Position numbers and translations under genes: made by a program. 64,000 nt of DNA from a virus: positions 44,458 through 108,457 of the IMG/VR virus record IMGVR_UViG_3300042879_004946, one strand, 5' to 3'. Positions 9,967 through 20,786 of the stretch are shown here, piece by piece. The notes below the pieces were generated by a model. That model had not been told where the DNA came from. It ran no database searches and saw only the letters and a list, made by a program, of their open reading frames with translations. Every line of letters starts with the position of its first letter. The stretch's first letter is position 1.

Positions 9967-10618
9967 ATTACATAACGTAACACTTATTGCACTTACTTCA
10001 GTAAAAATAGATAAAACAATTAAAGCTTTATCACACAGTTGTAAGGATATAGAATTTGGTGCTGTTAAATTAGTGTCAGATATTAAACCAGATAATATAA
10101 CCTATCCAATTTATCATGAATATTGTCCTAAGATGAGTAATATTGATGAATGGAATTACGCCGCTATTTATGAACTACCAAAACATGTCGAAACAGAATT
10201 TTGTATCTTGATACATGATGATGGTTTTATCGTTAATGCTGATTCATGGAGAACTGAATTTTTAGAATACGATTATATTGGGGCTCCTTGGCCTTTACCT
10301 AATGACGATTTTTCTTATAGAGATATAAACGGTGAACTTATTAGGGTTGGAAATAGTGTATCACTTAGAAGTAAGAAATTACTTGATTTAGCAATTGATT
10401 TACCATTAGAATGGAAACCATTTCACGGATATTATAATGAAGATGGGTTTATTTGTGTTAATAATAGACATATTTATAAACAACACGGGTGTAAGTTTGC
10501 AGATATAGATGTTGCTAAATATTTTTCACACGAAACAATGATACCAGAAATTGAAGATATCAAACCTTTTGCTTTTCATAGATATGCTGGGACTAATAAT
10601 AAGTACATAAAATTTTAA
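9959..10618 (+). CDS. DUF5672-like putative glycosyltransferase
   Basis: HDDGF, YDYIGAPW, GNSVSLRS, NEDGF. ATG at 9959. Confidence 0.65.
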   Translation: MFKLHNVTLIALTSVKIDKTIKALSHSCKDIEFGAVKLVSDIKPDNITYPIYHEYCPKMSNIDEWNYAAIYELPKHVETEFCILIHDDGFIVNADSWRTEFLEYDYIGAPWPLPNDDFSYRDINGELIRVGNSVSLRSKKLLDLAIDLPLEWKPFHGYYNEDGFICVNNRHIYKQHGCKFADIDVAKYFSHETMIPEIEDIKPFAFHRYAGTNNKYIKF

Positions 10619-10637
10619 ATTACCTTTAAATATAGAT

Positions 10638-11297
10638 ATGAAAAAAAAGATGATAATAAGTAGGTATAATGAAGATATTTCTTGGGTTAAAGAATATGAG
10701 AAAGATTTTGATTATATCATATATAATAAAGGTAAAAAGTTAGAAACAGGATATAAATCATTGGACGTAGATAATATAGGTAATAATCAAAGAGATATTT
10801 TCCATTTTATATATGAGAACTATAGTGACCTACCAGATATAATGATATTTGTACAAGGTCACCCATTTGACCACTGTAAAAAAGATTCGTTTGATAAATT
10901 GGTCTATAATGAAACGTTGACATCTTTAGAGGATTTAAGACACCTTCAAAATATGATGGATGAAAATGGTGGATACCAAGAAGGTAATGATTCTTGGTAT
11001 GTAAATGCTCATAACAATACATGGAATCAAACTTGTAAGTGGAATACTCTTGATGAGTTTATGGATAAAACATTTACTAATTATAAAAAATTGGATAAGA
11101 TTAGATTTACGCCAGGCTCACAGTATATAATAACCAAAGACATAGCTAAACACTACTCTAAAAACTTTTGGTTATACATGATGGATATTTTACATAAAAA
11201 TAATATGACAGAAGGTCACATTATAGAACGATCTCTATTGGAGATATTAAAATGTTATTTAGAACCGATAAATGAATTAAAAGATGATAACACTTAG
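10638..11297 (+). CDS. DUF3431-like protein
   Basis: SRYNEDISW, IYNKG, FVQGHPFDH, GHIIER. Confidence 0.65.
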   Translation: MKKKMIISRYNEDISWVKEYEKDFDYIIYNKGKKLETGYKSLDVDNIGNNQRDIFHFIYENYSDLPDIMIFVQGHPFDHCKKDSFDKLVYNETLTSLEDLRHLQNMMDENGGYQEGNDSWYVNAHNNTWNQTCKWNTLDEFMDKTFTNYKKLDKIRFTPGSQYIITKDIAKHYSKNFWLYMMDILHKNNMTEGHIIERSLLEILKCYLEPINELKDDNT

Positions 11298-12045
11298 TTC
11301 TATTATTTACGAAGGAAATTTTGATACATTTTTATCAGATGATTGTTGGTTTATGAAATTCAAATCACCATTAATTACTAATAAAATTATTGTGGTTAAT
11401 AACCTAACGTCTAAAGAGCTTTTTTTAGCTAAGGTAAACGATTTACTAACCAGACATGATTTCGAAGTAATTTATGTTAATGAAATTAAAGATATTGTAA
11501 TTAACAAATACAAACTTGGGATTAACGAATCAACACATGGGTATTATTATACAATACCTTATTTTTGTTTATTTGAAAAAGTAAAAACAAAATATGTTTT
11601 TAATGTTGCTAGTGACTGTATGTCTGATATTAAAATTAGTGAAACATTTCTAAATTTATCTGTTAATGAACTAGAAACAAATAACCGTTGTTCAACAACT
11701 ATGGTGGCTTGGGTAAAAAATAACCGTATCATGTCAAATAATCTTACTGTTGGGCAATCCGAAAATATAGAAACATTTAAACAACTATGTCTTAACTATA
11801 TTGAGTCTGAAAACTTCAACTATACCTTTGGCTTTACTGACCAATTTTTTATTGGGGATGTTGAAAGATTAAGGAATACGGATTTTAACATCCCAACACA
11901 TATCTCTGAACAGATATATCATGGACCTGATTATGGGGGTAATTGTTTTGAAAAAAGAATGGTAGGGCAACAAATACAAAATAATATTTTTAATTGTATA
12001 TATAAAGGTAGTGATTATTATATACATTCAGGAAATCTACATTAA
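11284..12045 (+). CDS. Hypothetical protein in glycan cluster
   Basis: Long ORF overlapping its upstream neighbour; no motif recognised. Confidence 0.6.
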   Translation: MITLSSIIYEGNFDTFLSDDCWFMKFKSPLITNKIIVVNNLTSKELFLAKVNDLLTRHDFEVIYVNEIKDIVINKYKLGINESTHGYYYTIPYFCLFEKVKTKYVFNVASDCMSDIKISETFLNLSVNELETNNRCSTTMVAWVKNNRIMSNNLTVGQSENIETFKQLCLNYIESENFNYTFGFTDQFFIGDVERLRNTDFNIPTHISEQIYHGPDYGGNCFEKRMVGQQIQNNIFNCIYKGSDYYIHSGNLH

Positions 12046-12062
12046 ATTTAAATAATTAAACT

Positions 12063-13163
12063 ATGGGATTAGAAGAGTCAAAAAGAATTAACGAAGAAGG
12101 TATAGTTGAAGGTAAAACCTACACCAGTAATGTTAGTAAACTACTAAAACACTTACCTAAAATAAAGAGATTACAAGATGGTATGAGACCATCACCAGTG
12201 ATGTTTCATATGTCACCAGCTAATCCATGTAATATGACATGTAGTTTTTGTTGTTTTGCTAATAGAACACTTAAAGAAATGTTAACATATGAACAGATGA
12301 CAAAAGCTATCGATTCATTCGTTGAATTAGGGGCTACAGGTATGGAGTTAACTGGTGGTGGAGAACCAACATTACATCCCGATTTTGGTAAAGTAGTTAA
12401 TTACGCTTATGAAAAGGGTTTAAAAATTGGTGTTGTAACAAATGGGACTATGATAACTAAGTGGCATAAAGTTGGTGGTGTATGGGATAAACTTGAATGG
12501 ATACGATTGGGTATGTATGGGTTCTATGAAGGGTATACTTACGATATTGAAGCTTTAAGAACCTACCCTAATTTAACAATTGGTGCCGCCTATATTTGGG
12601 ATGAAAATTTTGAACATTCTGATAACCCAAATGTTACTGGTAAATGGGAAACAAAAGAAGGTGATAAAAAAGGTAAAAAATTAGCTAAAAATAGACAAAC
12701 ACCAGAACATTTCGAAAGAATGTTAGAGTGGGTTGAGAAGGAAAAAATACCAACAAGAATCGCTTTCAATTCAATCAAAGTATCTGATATAATTAAAGAG
12801 GATATAAGTTTAATCAAAGATAGAATCAAAGATAGAAACTTAAAGTATGCTTTCTTATCTGATTTCAATTGGAAAGGTGAGAGAAGAGATAGTAAATGTT
12901 ATATGCACAACTTCAAACCGTTTGTTTTTACCGATGGTAATGTTTATGTATGTCCATGTGCTGAAATGTCGGTAGAAAATGCATATAGAGTTAATTCGGA
13001 GTTTAAAATTTGTGATATTGATGGTATATTAGACTTTTATAACAGTGTACAAGCTAATAATGGTGTTGAAAGGACACATGCTTGTACCTATTGTAAATAT
13101 GCAGCACAAAATGAATTAATTGGTGATGCTATGACAGAAACACAACATAATGATTTCGCTTAA
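12063..13163 (+). CDS. Radical SAM enzyme with C-terminal SPASM/twitch-like cysteines
   Basis: CNMTCSFC, TGGGEP, TNG, DGNVYVCPC, CTYC. Confidence 0.9.
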   Translation: MGLEESKRINEEGIVEGKTYTSNVSKLLKHLPKIKRLQDGMRPSPVMFHMSPANPCNMTCSFCCFANRTLKEMLTYEQMTKAIDSFVELGATGMELTGGGEPTLHPDFGKVVNYAYEKGLKIGVVTNGTMITKWHKVGGVWDKLEWIRLGMYGFYEGYTYDIEALRTYPNLTIGAAYIWDENFEHSDNPNVTGKWETKEGDKKGKKLAKNRQTPEHFERMLEWVEKEKIPTRIAFNSIKVSDIIKEDISLIKDRIKDRNLKYAFLSDFNWKGERRDSKCYMHNFKPFVFTDGNVYVCPCAEMSVENAYRVNSEFKICDIDGILDFYNSVQANNGVERTHACTYCKYAAQNELIGDAMTETQHNDFA

Positions 13164-13174
13164 AAACACAAGAA

Positions 13175-13873
13175 ATGAAAAAAATTAATATTGAAGAATT
13201 AAAAAATAAGAATGTTTACAATAATGAACACTTAGACACACCTTTTGAAGGAACATTCTATGATGCTGACTATTTTGAAAATGGTCAAGAATCCGGTAAA
13301 GGATGGTTGGAAAATTATAGATGGATGCCTAGAAGAACTTTTAGAGAAGCCTTAGGTATTATAGATTATCTAGAATTAGATGACAATAGTTATGTATTAG
13401 ATGTTGGTTGTGCGAAGGGATTTATTGTTAGAGCTTTAAGAGAGTTAGAGATAAAAGCTGACGGTTGTGATATTAGTGATTACGCTTTATCTTTTGCACC
13501 TGAAGGTTCATGGAATTGTACATCATGGGAAAGTCATTATAATTTTGGTTATACCCATATTATGGTAAAAGATATGTTGGAACATTTAACTATGAACCAA
13601 CTAAATGAAATGTTACAAACGATAAAGAAAGTTGGTAATACACTATTGGTTGTTGTCCCTATTGGTGATAAGGGTGTATATAGAATACCTGAATATCACA
13701 TGGAGATATCACACTTAATCGCTGAAGATGAAGATTGGTGGATGAATAAATTTATTGAAAATGGTTGGGAAATATATAAACATTGCCCATCAATCCCAGG
13801 AATGAAAGATAATTGGGATTCTCATGCTAATGGTTTAGGTAATCACGTATTTGTACTAAAAATTAAATCATGA
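13175..13873 (+). CDS. Class I SAM-dependent methyltransferase
   Basis: VLDVGCAKG, GCDIS, DMLEHL. Confidence 0.85.
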   Translation: MKKINIEELKNKNVYNNEHLDTPFEGTFYDADYFENGQESGKGWLENYRWMPRRTFREALGIIDYLELDDNSYVLDVGCAKGFIVRALRELEIKADGCDISDYALSFAPEGSWNCTSWESHYNFGYTHIMVKDMLEHLTMNQLNEMLQTIKKVGNTLLVVVPIGDKGVYRIPEYHMEISHLIAEDEDWWMNKFIENGWEIYKHCPSIPGMKDNWDSHANGLGNHVFVLKIKS

Positions 13874-14793
13874 TAACAGCAAATTTAACTGGAAATTTAG
13901 GAAATCACATGTGGCAATATGCTGTATGTAGAACCGTAGCAGAAAAATTAGGGTATGAGTGGGGTATTAATTCATCACCATCACACGATTACCATCAAGG
14001 TCAAAATCAAATGTATTTTATGGATGTTGACTTTGGTAAGCCAGTTGAAGGTATTTTACATGAATATCGTGAACCGTGGAAAGAAATATCACATGTCGAT
14101 AGGGTTAATATCACTATGTTGAATCCATCCTTATATGAGATACAAGATAACACTCTACTTGTTGGTGATAGAAATATTAATCCAGGTGCAGTTGGTGGTT
14201 TATTTCAATCAGAAGATTATTTAATTGATAGGAAAGAAGATGTGCAAAAATGGTTTAAGATTAGACCAGAGAATAAAGAAATATATGACAAAAAATTATC
14301 TGATTTAGGTATTGTGTTAGATGATAATTTATGTGTGATTAATTTTAGGGGTGGTGAATATCGTGGCCTTCATAACGTTATTTTAAGAAAAGAATATTGG
14401 CGAGATTCCATTAATCACATGTTATCTATTAATAATAATATGAAATTTTTGGTCATTACAGACGATATTGAATGGTCTAAAAATTTTATGCCATTTGAAA
14501 TTGATACGGTACATGTTGATATTGGATTTGATTTCTACGTTGTCAATCAAGCTAAATGGGTCATCCTTTCAAATTCATCATTTGGGTGGTGGGCAGCGTG
14601 GTTGAATATTAACTCTAATAAAATAATCGCACCAAAGTATTGGGCTAGACATAATGTTAGTGATGGGTATTGGGCTACTGGTGATGTATACACTAGGACA
14701 TTCACATATATGGATAGAGAAGGTAATCTATCTGATTATGAAACTTGTAGACGTGAGGCTGAAGATTATTATAGAGTAAAAAACATTATTTAA
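13870..14793 (+). CDS. GT11-family glycosyltransferase (second copy)
   Basis: GNLGNHMWQY, FQSEDY, NFRGGEY, SNSSFGWWAAWL. Confidence 0.85.
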   Translation: MITANLTGNLGNHMWQYAVCRTVAEKLGYEWGINSSPSHDYHQGQNQMYFMDVDFGKPVEGILHEYREPWKEISHVDRVNITMLNPSLYEIQDNTLLVGDRNINPGAVGGLFQSEDYLIDRKEDVQKWFKIRPENKEIYDKKLSDLGIVLDDNLCVINFRGGEYRGLHNVILRKEYWRDSINHMLSINNNMKFLVITDDIEWSKNFMPFEIDTVHVDIGFDFYVVNQAKWVILSNSSFGWWAAWLNINSNKIIAPKYWARHNVSDGYWATGDVYTRTFTYMDREGNLSDYETCRREAEDYYRVKNII

Positions 14794-15662
14794 TGAGAAA
14801 GATTTATGATTGTTTTTTATTTTTTAATGAATTAGATTTATTAGAACTTAGACTTAATATATTAGATGATTATGTCGATTATTTCGTATTAGCTGAGGCA
14901 TCTGTAACACATAGTGGTTTAGATAAACCATATTATTTTGAAGACAACAAAAAGAGGTACTCTAAATTTTTACATAAAATTATTCATGTAAAATCAAATG
15001 ATATACCTAATGATTTTAATAACTTACCTAGTATTGGTAGTACTAATGCATTCGATGATAAAGCTGTTAAACAAATCCATGATTTTATAAATACACAAAC
15101 ACATAGATTCAATAGAACAACCGAACCACATTTTGGTCGGGATTTTTTTCAAAAAGAGTCGATTAGAAGAGGTCTCATGAATTGTAATGATGAAGATATA
15201 ATTCTATCGTCAGATTTAGATGAAATACCAAACCCAGAAATTTTAAAACAAGTGGATGAAATATTAAGTAGTGGTAAATTTTTTACATTTAATCAAACCA
15301 CGTATTATTACTATTTAAATTTATTAAAAGAGTATGATTGGCAAGGTACTAGAATGGGTAAATATGGTGATTTAAAAAATTATTCATACAATGAATTAAG
15401 AGCTCAACAAAACATACGACTATCTAATGGTGGATGGCATTTTAGTTTCCAAGGTGGGTTAGAAAAAGTTAAAACCAAAATTAAATCATATTCACATCAA
15501 GAAATGAATACACCAGATATTTTTGAAAAATTACATAATAATATAGAAAATAATATCGACCCATTTAATCGCGGGTTATTAAATCTTGTTGAGATAGATA
15601 ATACATATCCAAAATATCTGTTGGAGAATAAAGAAAAGTATAAACATATGATAAAATCATGA
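14793..15662 (+). CDS. GT17-family glycosyltransferase
   Basis: YDCFLFFNELDLLELR, SDLDEIP, GGWHFS, SYSHQE. Confidence 0.85.
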   Translation: MRKIYDCFLFFNELDLLELRLNILDDYVDYFVLAEASVTHSGLDKPYYFEDNKKRYSKFLHKIIHVKSNDIPNDFNNLPSIGSTNAFDDKAVKQIHDFINTQTHRFNRTTEPHFGRDFFQKESIRRGLMNCNDEDIILSSDLDEIPNPEILKQVDEILSSGKFFTFNQTTYYYYLNLLKEYDWQGTRMGKYGDLKNYSYNELRAQQNIRLSNGGWHFSFQGGLEKVKTKIKSYSHQEMNTPDIFEKLHNNIENNIDPFNRGLLNLVEIDNTYPKYLLENKEKYKHMIKS

Positions 15663-16201
15663 AATATAATTCACAAATGGGCCAAGACAAGTTTGTTGTT
15701 GAACAGTTAAAAAATAAAAAAAATGGGATATTTGTTGATATTGGGGGGGCACATCCTATTTCCATAAATAATACATACACTTTAGAAAAGGATTTAGATT
15801 GGACAGGCATATCTTTCGATATAGGTCCACCACATACTCACGGATGTGAAACAATGTCTATTGATGAATATAAAATCTATTGGAACTCTAATCGGATAAC
15901 CCCGATAATTTGTGGGGATGCTTTAAAACAAAATTATAGTCAGAAGTTTAAAGAATATGACCTACCTAAACGTATGGATTATTTATCAATAGATTTAGAA
16001 CCACCTAAAGTAACTTTTGATTGTTTAATGTTAATACCATTTAATGAATATATCTTTAATGTGATAACGTTTGAAACAGATTATTATAGAGATCCAACAA
16101 CTAGAGAACCATCACGTCAATTATTATATTCACATGGATATAAATTAGTGACGTTTGATAATCAAGAGGATTGGTATGTACATAACACATTAAATTTATA
16201 G
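15659..16201 (+). CDS. FkbM/Methyltransf_21-like methyltransferase
   Basis: SQMGQD, FVDIGG, NNTY.LE, DYLSIDLE. Confidence 0.75.
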   Translation: MKYNSQMGQDKFVVEQLKNKKNGIFVDIGGAHPISINNTYTLEKDLDWTGISFDIGPPHTHGCETMSIDEYKIYWNSNRITPIICGDALKQNYSQKFKEYDLPKRMDYLSIDLEPPKVTFDCLMLIPFNEYIFNVITFETDYYRDPTTREPSRQLLYSHGYKLVTFDNQEDWYVHNTLNL

Positions 16202-16209
16202 TTTTTTTA

Positions 16210-17214
16210 ATGAAGAAAATAGTAGTCCTAGGTGGTGGTGGTTTTATTGGTTCACATTTAGCGAAAAGATTAAAAAAAGATGGTCATCATATCACAGTTT
16301 GTGATATTAAAAATCATGAATATCTTAACCATGATGAGTTTTGTGATGAATTTATTGTTGGGGATCTTAGAGACCCTGTGACAGTAAGCATGGTAATTAA
16401 ACAGAGTACGGACGAAGTATATCAATTGGCAGCGGATATGGGTGGTGCGGGTTATATTTTTACAGGTGAAAATGATGCAAATGTGATGCATAATTCAGCT
16501 TTAATAAATTTAAATGTCGCACATGAATGTGTGAAAAAGAAAATAAATAAAGTTTTTTATTCTTCATCTGCTTGTATGTATCCAGAACATAATCAATTAG
16601 ACCCTAATAACCCTAACTGTGAAGAATCTTCAGCTTATCCTGCAAATCCAGATTCTGAATATGGTTGGGAAAAATTATTCAGTGAGAGACTTTATTTAGC
16701 TTTTCAAAGAAATTATGGTTTAAATGTTAGAATCGCTAGGTTTCATAACATTTTTGGACCTTATGGTACTTGGAAAGGAGGTAAAGAAAAAGCACCGGCA
16801 GCTATGTTAAGAAAAGTTTCTGAAATCAATGAAAAGGGTGAAATAGAAGTTTGGGGTGATGGAACTCAAACTAGGTCTTTTTTATATGTTGACGAATGTG
16901 TTGAAGCGGTTTTAAAATTAATGGAATCAGATTTTATTGGTCCTGTTAATATTGGATCAGAAGAAATGGTTACCATTAATCAACTAGCACAAATAGCAAT
17001 AGATATATCAGGAAAAAAGGTAAAAATTAAAAATATTTATGGGGACGAATTTTTTCAAAAATACGGACATAAATGTCCTATAGGTGTTAAAGGTAGAAAT
17101 TCTGATAATAAATTATACAAAGAAAAAATTGGTTGGGTAGTTTCAGAACCACTTAAAAATGGTATGGAAAAAACTTACAAATGGATTAATAGTATGGTAA
17201 AAAAATATAATTAA
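16210..17214 (+). CDS. NAD-dependent epimerase, GDP-mannose 3,5-epimerase-like
   Basis: GGGGFIG, LAADMGGAG, YSSSAC, YGWEK, EKAPAA. Confidence 0.9.
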   Translation: MKKIVVLGGGGFIGSHLAKRLKKDGHHITVCDIKNHEYLNHDEFCDEFIVGDLRDPVTVSMVIKQSTDEVYQLAADMGGAGYIFTGENDANVMHNSALINLNVAHECVKKKINKVFYSSSACMYPEHNQLDPNNPNCEESSAYPANPDSEYGWEKLFSERLYLAFQRNYGLNVRIARFHNIFGPYGTWKGGKEKAPAAMLRKVSEINEKGEIEVWGDGTQTRSFLYVDECVEAVLKLMESDFIGPVNIGSEEMVTINQLAQIAIDISGKKVKIKNIYGDEFFQKYGHKCPIGVKGRNSDNKLYKEKIGWVVSEPLKNGMEKTYKWINSMVKKYN

Positions 17215-18006
17215 ATGACAAATAGACGAAGAAATAAAAAATTAACCGAAGAAGAAATACAAGAAATTGAATCTTTCATTGGTAAACACCCAGAAGAAGG
17301 TAAAATAATAAATCAATTAAAAATTGAAATTAAACCAAAAACTGAGAATCAAAAAAAATTAATCCAAGCGATCAAAGAAAATGAAATTATTATTGCTTCA
17401 GGTTTTCCTGGTAGTGGTAAAACTTTTCTTAGTTGTGCGGAAGCCCTCAAATTAATTAAAAATCCACAAACACCATATAAAAAAATTATTCTTGTTAAAT
17501 CGGTAACTACGTTAAAAGATGAAGAAATTGGTTTTTTAAAAGGAACAATGGAAGAAAAAATGGAACCCTTTATGGATTCTTTTTTGGATAATTTTAATAA
17601 AATTATTGGTGAGTATTTAACAGGTAAATTAAGAGAACAAAAATTAATTGAAATTAAGCCAATAGCTTACGTCAGAGGGCGAAGTATTGATAATTCAGTT
17701 ATCATTATTGATGAAGCACAAAATATTTCTTTGGATAATATGCGTACCTTAATGACCAGAATCGGTGATAATTCAAAATTAATTATTTTAGGTGATATTA
17801 AACAAAAAGACATTCGTAATAAACGTGAAAGCTCTTTGGAGATTGTTTTAAACAGGTTTAAAGATAAAAACAGTTTTGGTATTGTCGAACTTAGAAACGA
17901 AGAAGACATTGTTAGAAATCCAATTATTAAAGTTATCGAAGAAATTTTTGACCAAATAGATGACGAAAAAAGTAATAATGGTAAAAAACAAATATTAAAA
18001 GATTAG
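17215..18006 (+). CDS. phoH: PhoH-family ATPase
   Basis: GFPGSGKT, IGFLKG, RGRS, DEAQN, TRIG, GDIKQ. Confidence 0.92.
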   Translation: MTNRRRNKKLTEEEIQEIESFIGKHPEEGKIINQLKIEIKPKTENQKKLIQAIKENEIIIASGFPGSGKTFLSCAEALKLIKNPQTPYKKIILVKSVTTLKDEEIGFLKGTMEEKMEPFMDSFLDNFNKIIGEYLTGKLREQKLIEIKPIAYVRGRSIDNSVIIIDEAQNISLDNMRTLMTRIGDNSKLIILGDIKQKDIRNKRESSLEIVLNRFKDKNSFGIVELRNEEDIVRNPIIKVIEEIFDQIDDEKSNNGKKQILKD

Positions 18007-18602
18007 TGAGAAAATATAAAAATATTAGATTGAGAAAATCACCAATAGTAGAAGAAAGGGTGAAATTAATCAATAGAATTATTAAAGAAACTATTAATGA
18101 AAGTTTTGAATCTGTGATTAATACCGATTATGAGTTAATAGAAGAAAATTCAAATATTTTAATATATAGATTTAAAACAAATAGTGGTTATAGTTACGAT
18201 TTAGAATTTATTACAGATTTTATTGAGAATGATAAAAAATTTTATAATGGAAAAATTTTAAAAGACTATATCGATTCCGATTATATTGAACCTACCATAG
18301 ACATCGCTTTTGTGCCTTCTGAGGTTAACATGGAAGATAGAGATTCACCTGAATTATATACAAAAGAAACGAATAGGTATGAAACTATTGAATTAATGGG
18401 TAGAATATCTTTTTTAATAGAAGAGTTTATAAAAAACAATCCAAGAATAAAAGTTTATATTATTGGTAAAAATACCAAAGAAATTAAATTAAGTATTTAT
18501 TTAAAAATATTTGATAATATATTTTCTGATAACTTTTATAAAACAGAAGGTCGTAGTTTAGGTTATCCCAGCGGTGCTTTTTATTTTATAAAAAAACAAT
18601 AA
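18006..18602 (+). CDS. Hypothetical protein
   Basis: Long ORF with an IIKETINE motif near the N-terminus. Confidence 0.6.
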   Translation: MRKYKNIRLRKSPIVEERVKLINRIIKETINESFESVINTDYELIEENSNILIYRFKTNSGYSYDLEFITDFIENDKKFYNGKILKDYIDSDYIEPTIDIAFVPSEVNMEDRDSPELYTKETNRYETIELMGRISFLIEEFIKNNPRIKVYIIGKNTKEIKLSIYLKIFDNIFSDNFYKTEGRSLGYPSGAFYFIKKQ

Positions 18603-18628
18603 CAATAAAAACAAATATTAAAAACTTA

Positions 18629-19294
18629 ATGACAATAGGTGTTTCAGTTAACGGCGTACTCCGTGATTACTTTGGCAAAATAGAAAAAACACACACGAAA
18701 TATTTCAATCCTGAAGATGGGCAAGAAATAAAAATTAAAGATTATGATTTGGAAAAATGGATAAAATTTCCTGAAGAAGAAATTGTAAGACAAGAAATTG
18801 AATTTAATCCTGATTTTAATTTAAAAGATTTTGTGCAAACAGATTCTAGTTTTAAAATCGAAGAAGTTAAAGATGATCCAATAACGGTTGATGATTTTAT
18901 CTACGATAAATGTTGTTTGGAAATTTTTGGTTATGCAGAAGAAGAAATGGATGGTATTGTACAAGCTCTAAATGATTTTGATCTTCATTTAAAAATGTTA
19001 AAGAAAGATTATGAAGTAGTAATCACCAGTAGAGAGGCAGGTCGAAGTGTACCCGCAACTCTTTTCTTTTTATCAAAAACAGGTTGTATGATACAAAACG
19101 TTAAATTCACAATGGGAACCACTGATTGTTGGGATTTTGTTGATATTATGATTACAGATCATCCTGAAATTTTATCAACTAAACCAGAAAATAAAATTAC
19201 AATTAAAGTCGAAAAACCGTTTAACTCCCATATAGATTCTGATTACACTGTTAGAAGTATTAAAGAACTTACTGGTTTGGGGGTTTTTAATTAA
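18629..19294 (+). CDS. HAD/5'-nucleotidase-like protein with degenerate catalytic motif
   Basis: IGVSVNGVLRD (cf. DxDGVL), ITSR, MITDHP, PFN. Confidence 0.6.
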   Translation: MTIGVSVNGVLRDYFGKIEKTHTKYFNPEDGQEIKIKDYDLEKWIKFPEEEIVRQEIEFNPDFNLKDFVQTDSSFKIEEVKDDPITVDDFIYDKCCLEIFGYAEEEMDGIVQALNDFDLHLKMLKKDYEVVITSREAGRSVPATLFFLSKTGCMIQNVKFTMGTTDCWDFVDIMITDHPEILSTKPENKITIKVEKPFNSHIDSDYTVRSIKELTGLGVFN

Positions 19295-19330
19295 CGTTTA
19301 CTTATAAAAAAACTTATATAATTTTAAAAT

Positions 19331-19711
19331 ATGAATAAATTTAAAAAAAATGATAATCCAGAAATGTTTGCCATCGCTGGTAGTCAATACTATTTCGACT
19401 TGGACGAATTAAGTCGTTATATCAGGGTTGAAAAAACTGAAAGTGTTGAAGATATTCTTAATGAAGCGAAAAAAGAAATGACTGGAGACCCTGAAAACGC
19501 CGAAGAAGATGCTGAGATCTTAGGTCAAATAGTAGATGTCACCAAATGGGAAACCATTAAAGTTATGTTTGAATGTGTTTTAAGCGACCAAGGGCCAATA
19601 GATGAGGCTATGGGTATAGCGAGCCTTTCAAATCAATTATCAATACCTTTTAAATTATCATTTAATACATTACTAAAAAATAATATAATAAAACAACAAT
19701 ATGGAAAATAA
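19331..19711 (+). CDS. Hypothetical protein
   Basis: ORF coupled to the next gene. Confidence 0.6.
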   Translation: MNKFKKNDNPEMFAIAGSQYYFDLDELSRYIRVEKTESVEDILNEAKKEMTGDPENAEEDAEILGQIVDVTKWETIKVMFECVLSDQGPIDEAMGIASLSNQLSIPFKLSFNTLLKNNIIKQQYGK

Positions 19712-20780
19712 CACAAAAGAACTAATCAAAAACGCGATTCAAAATCTAGAAAAAAAAGATTTTAGAATTTTTTTCTTTGTTATGGATACAAAGGGAAATG
19801 CTGTTGCCAGTTTGGCAAATATCTATGAACATGCCAGAATTTTACGTCAATTAGGTTATGATGCACAAATTCTACATGAAAAAAATGATTATCCAGCCAT
19901 TGGGCCAATTTTAGGTGAAATTTACGCTGAAATACCACATGTATCTGCTGAGGGGCAACAATTAAAAGTAAATACACAAGATTTTATTGTGATACCAGAG
20001 ATTTTTGCAAACGTTATGGAACAAACAGCAAAATTACCGAGCAAAAGAATCGTTTTTGTTAACTCATATGATTATATTTTTGAAATGTTAATGCCTGGTA
20101 AGAATTGGGTAGAATACGGTATCACCGATGTCATCACTACAAATGAAAAACAAAAAGAATATATTACCGATTTATTTTCTAACAGAATTAACGTTGAAGT
20201 AGTACCTGTTAGTATACCTGAATATTTTAAACCTTCTGAAAAACCTAAAAAACCGATTATTGCGATTGCGACTCGTGATCAAAGAGATTTGGTGAAAATA
20301 TATAAAAGATTTTATCTTAAATATCCACATTTAAAATGGGTTTCATTCCGTGATATGCGTGGATTACCAAGAGAGGTTTTTGCGAATTCATTAGCTGAAT
20401 GTTGTTTGGCAATATGGGTTGACGATATCGCTGGGTTTGGTACTTTTCCGGTGGAAGCAATGAAATGTGACGTTCCAGTTTTAGGTCTTGTACCTAACAT
20501 GTTACCAGAATGGATTTCAGATAAAAATGGCCTTTGGACACATGAGACCAACAAAATTAGTGATTTAGCTGCCAATTATTTTCAAGCCTGGTTGGAGGAC
20601 GCTGAACCTGAAGAAATTTACACTGAAATGGCTAAGATGAAAGATTCTTACACTTTGGAACAACAAACACTTAAAGTACAGGAAGTTTATAACAAAATTT
20701 TTGAAAAAAGAATTGAAGAATTAAAATCAGTGATCCCTGTTGAAATAGAAGTTGAAAATAATGTAGAAATTGAAAAATAA
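19701..20780 (+). CDS. GT-B fold (GT4-like) glycosyltransferase
   Basis: VIPE and AGFGTFPVEAMKCDVPV (cf. ExFGxxxxEAM). Confidence 0.75.
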   Translation: MENNTKELIKNAIQNLEKKDFRIFFFVMDTKGNAVASLANIYEHARILRQLGYDAQILHEKNDYPAIGPILGEIYAEIPHVSAEGQQLKVNTQDFIVIPEIFANVMEQTAKLPSKRIVFVNSYDYIFEMLMPGKNWVEYGITDVITTNEKQKEYITDLFSNRINVEVVPVSIPEYFKPSEKPKKPIIAIATRDQRDLVKIYKRFYLKYPHLKWVSFRDMRGLPREVFANSLAECCLAIWVDDIAGFGTFPVEAMKCDVPVLGLVPNMLPEWISDKNGLWTHETNKISDLAANYFQAWLEDAEPEEIYTEMAKMKDSYTLEQQTLKVQEVYNKIFEKRIEELKSVIPVEIEVENNVEIEK

Positions 20781-20786
20781 AAAAAT

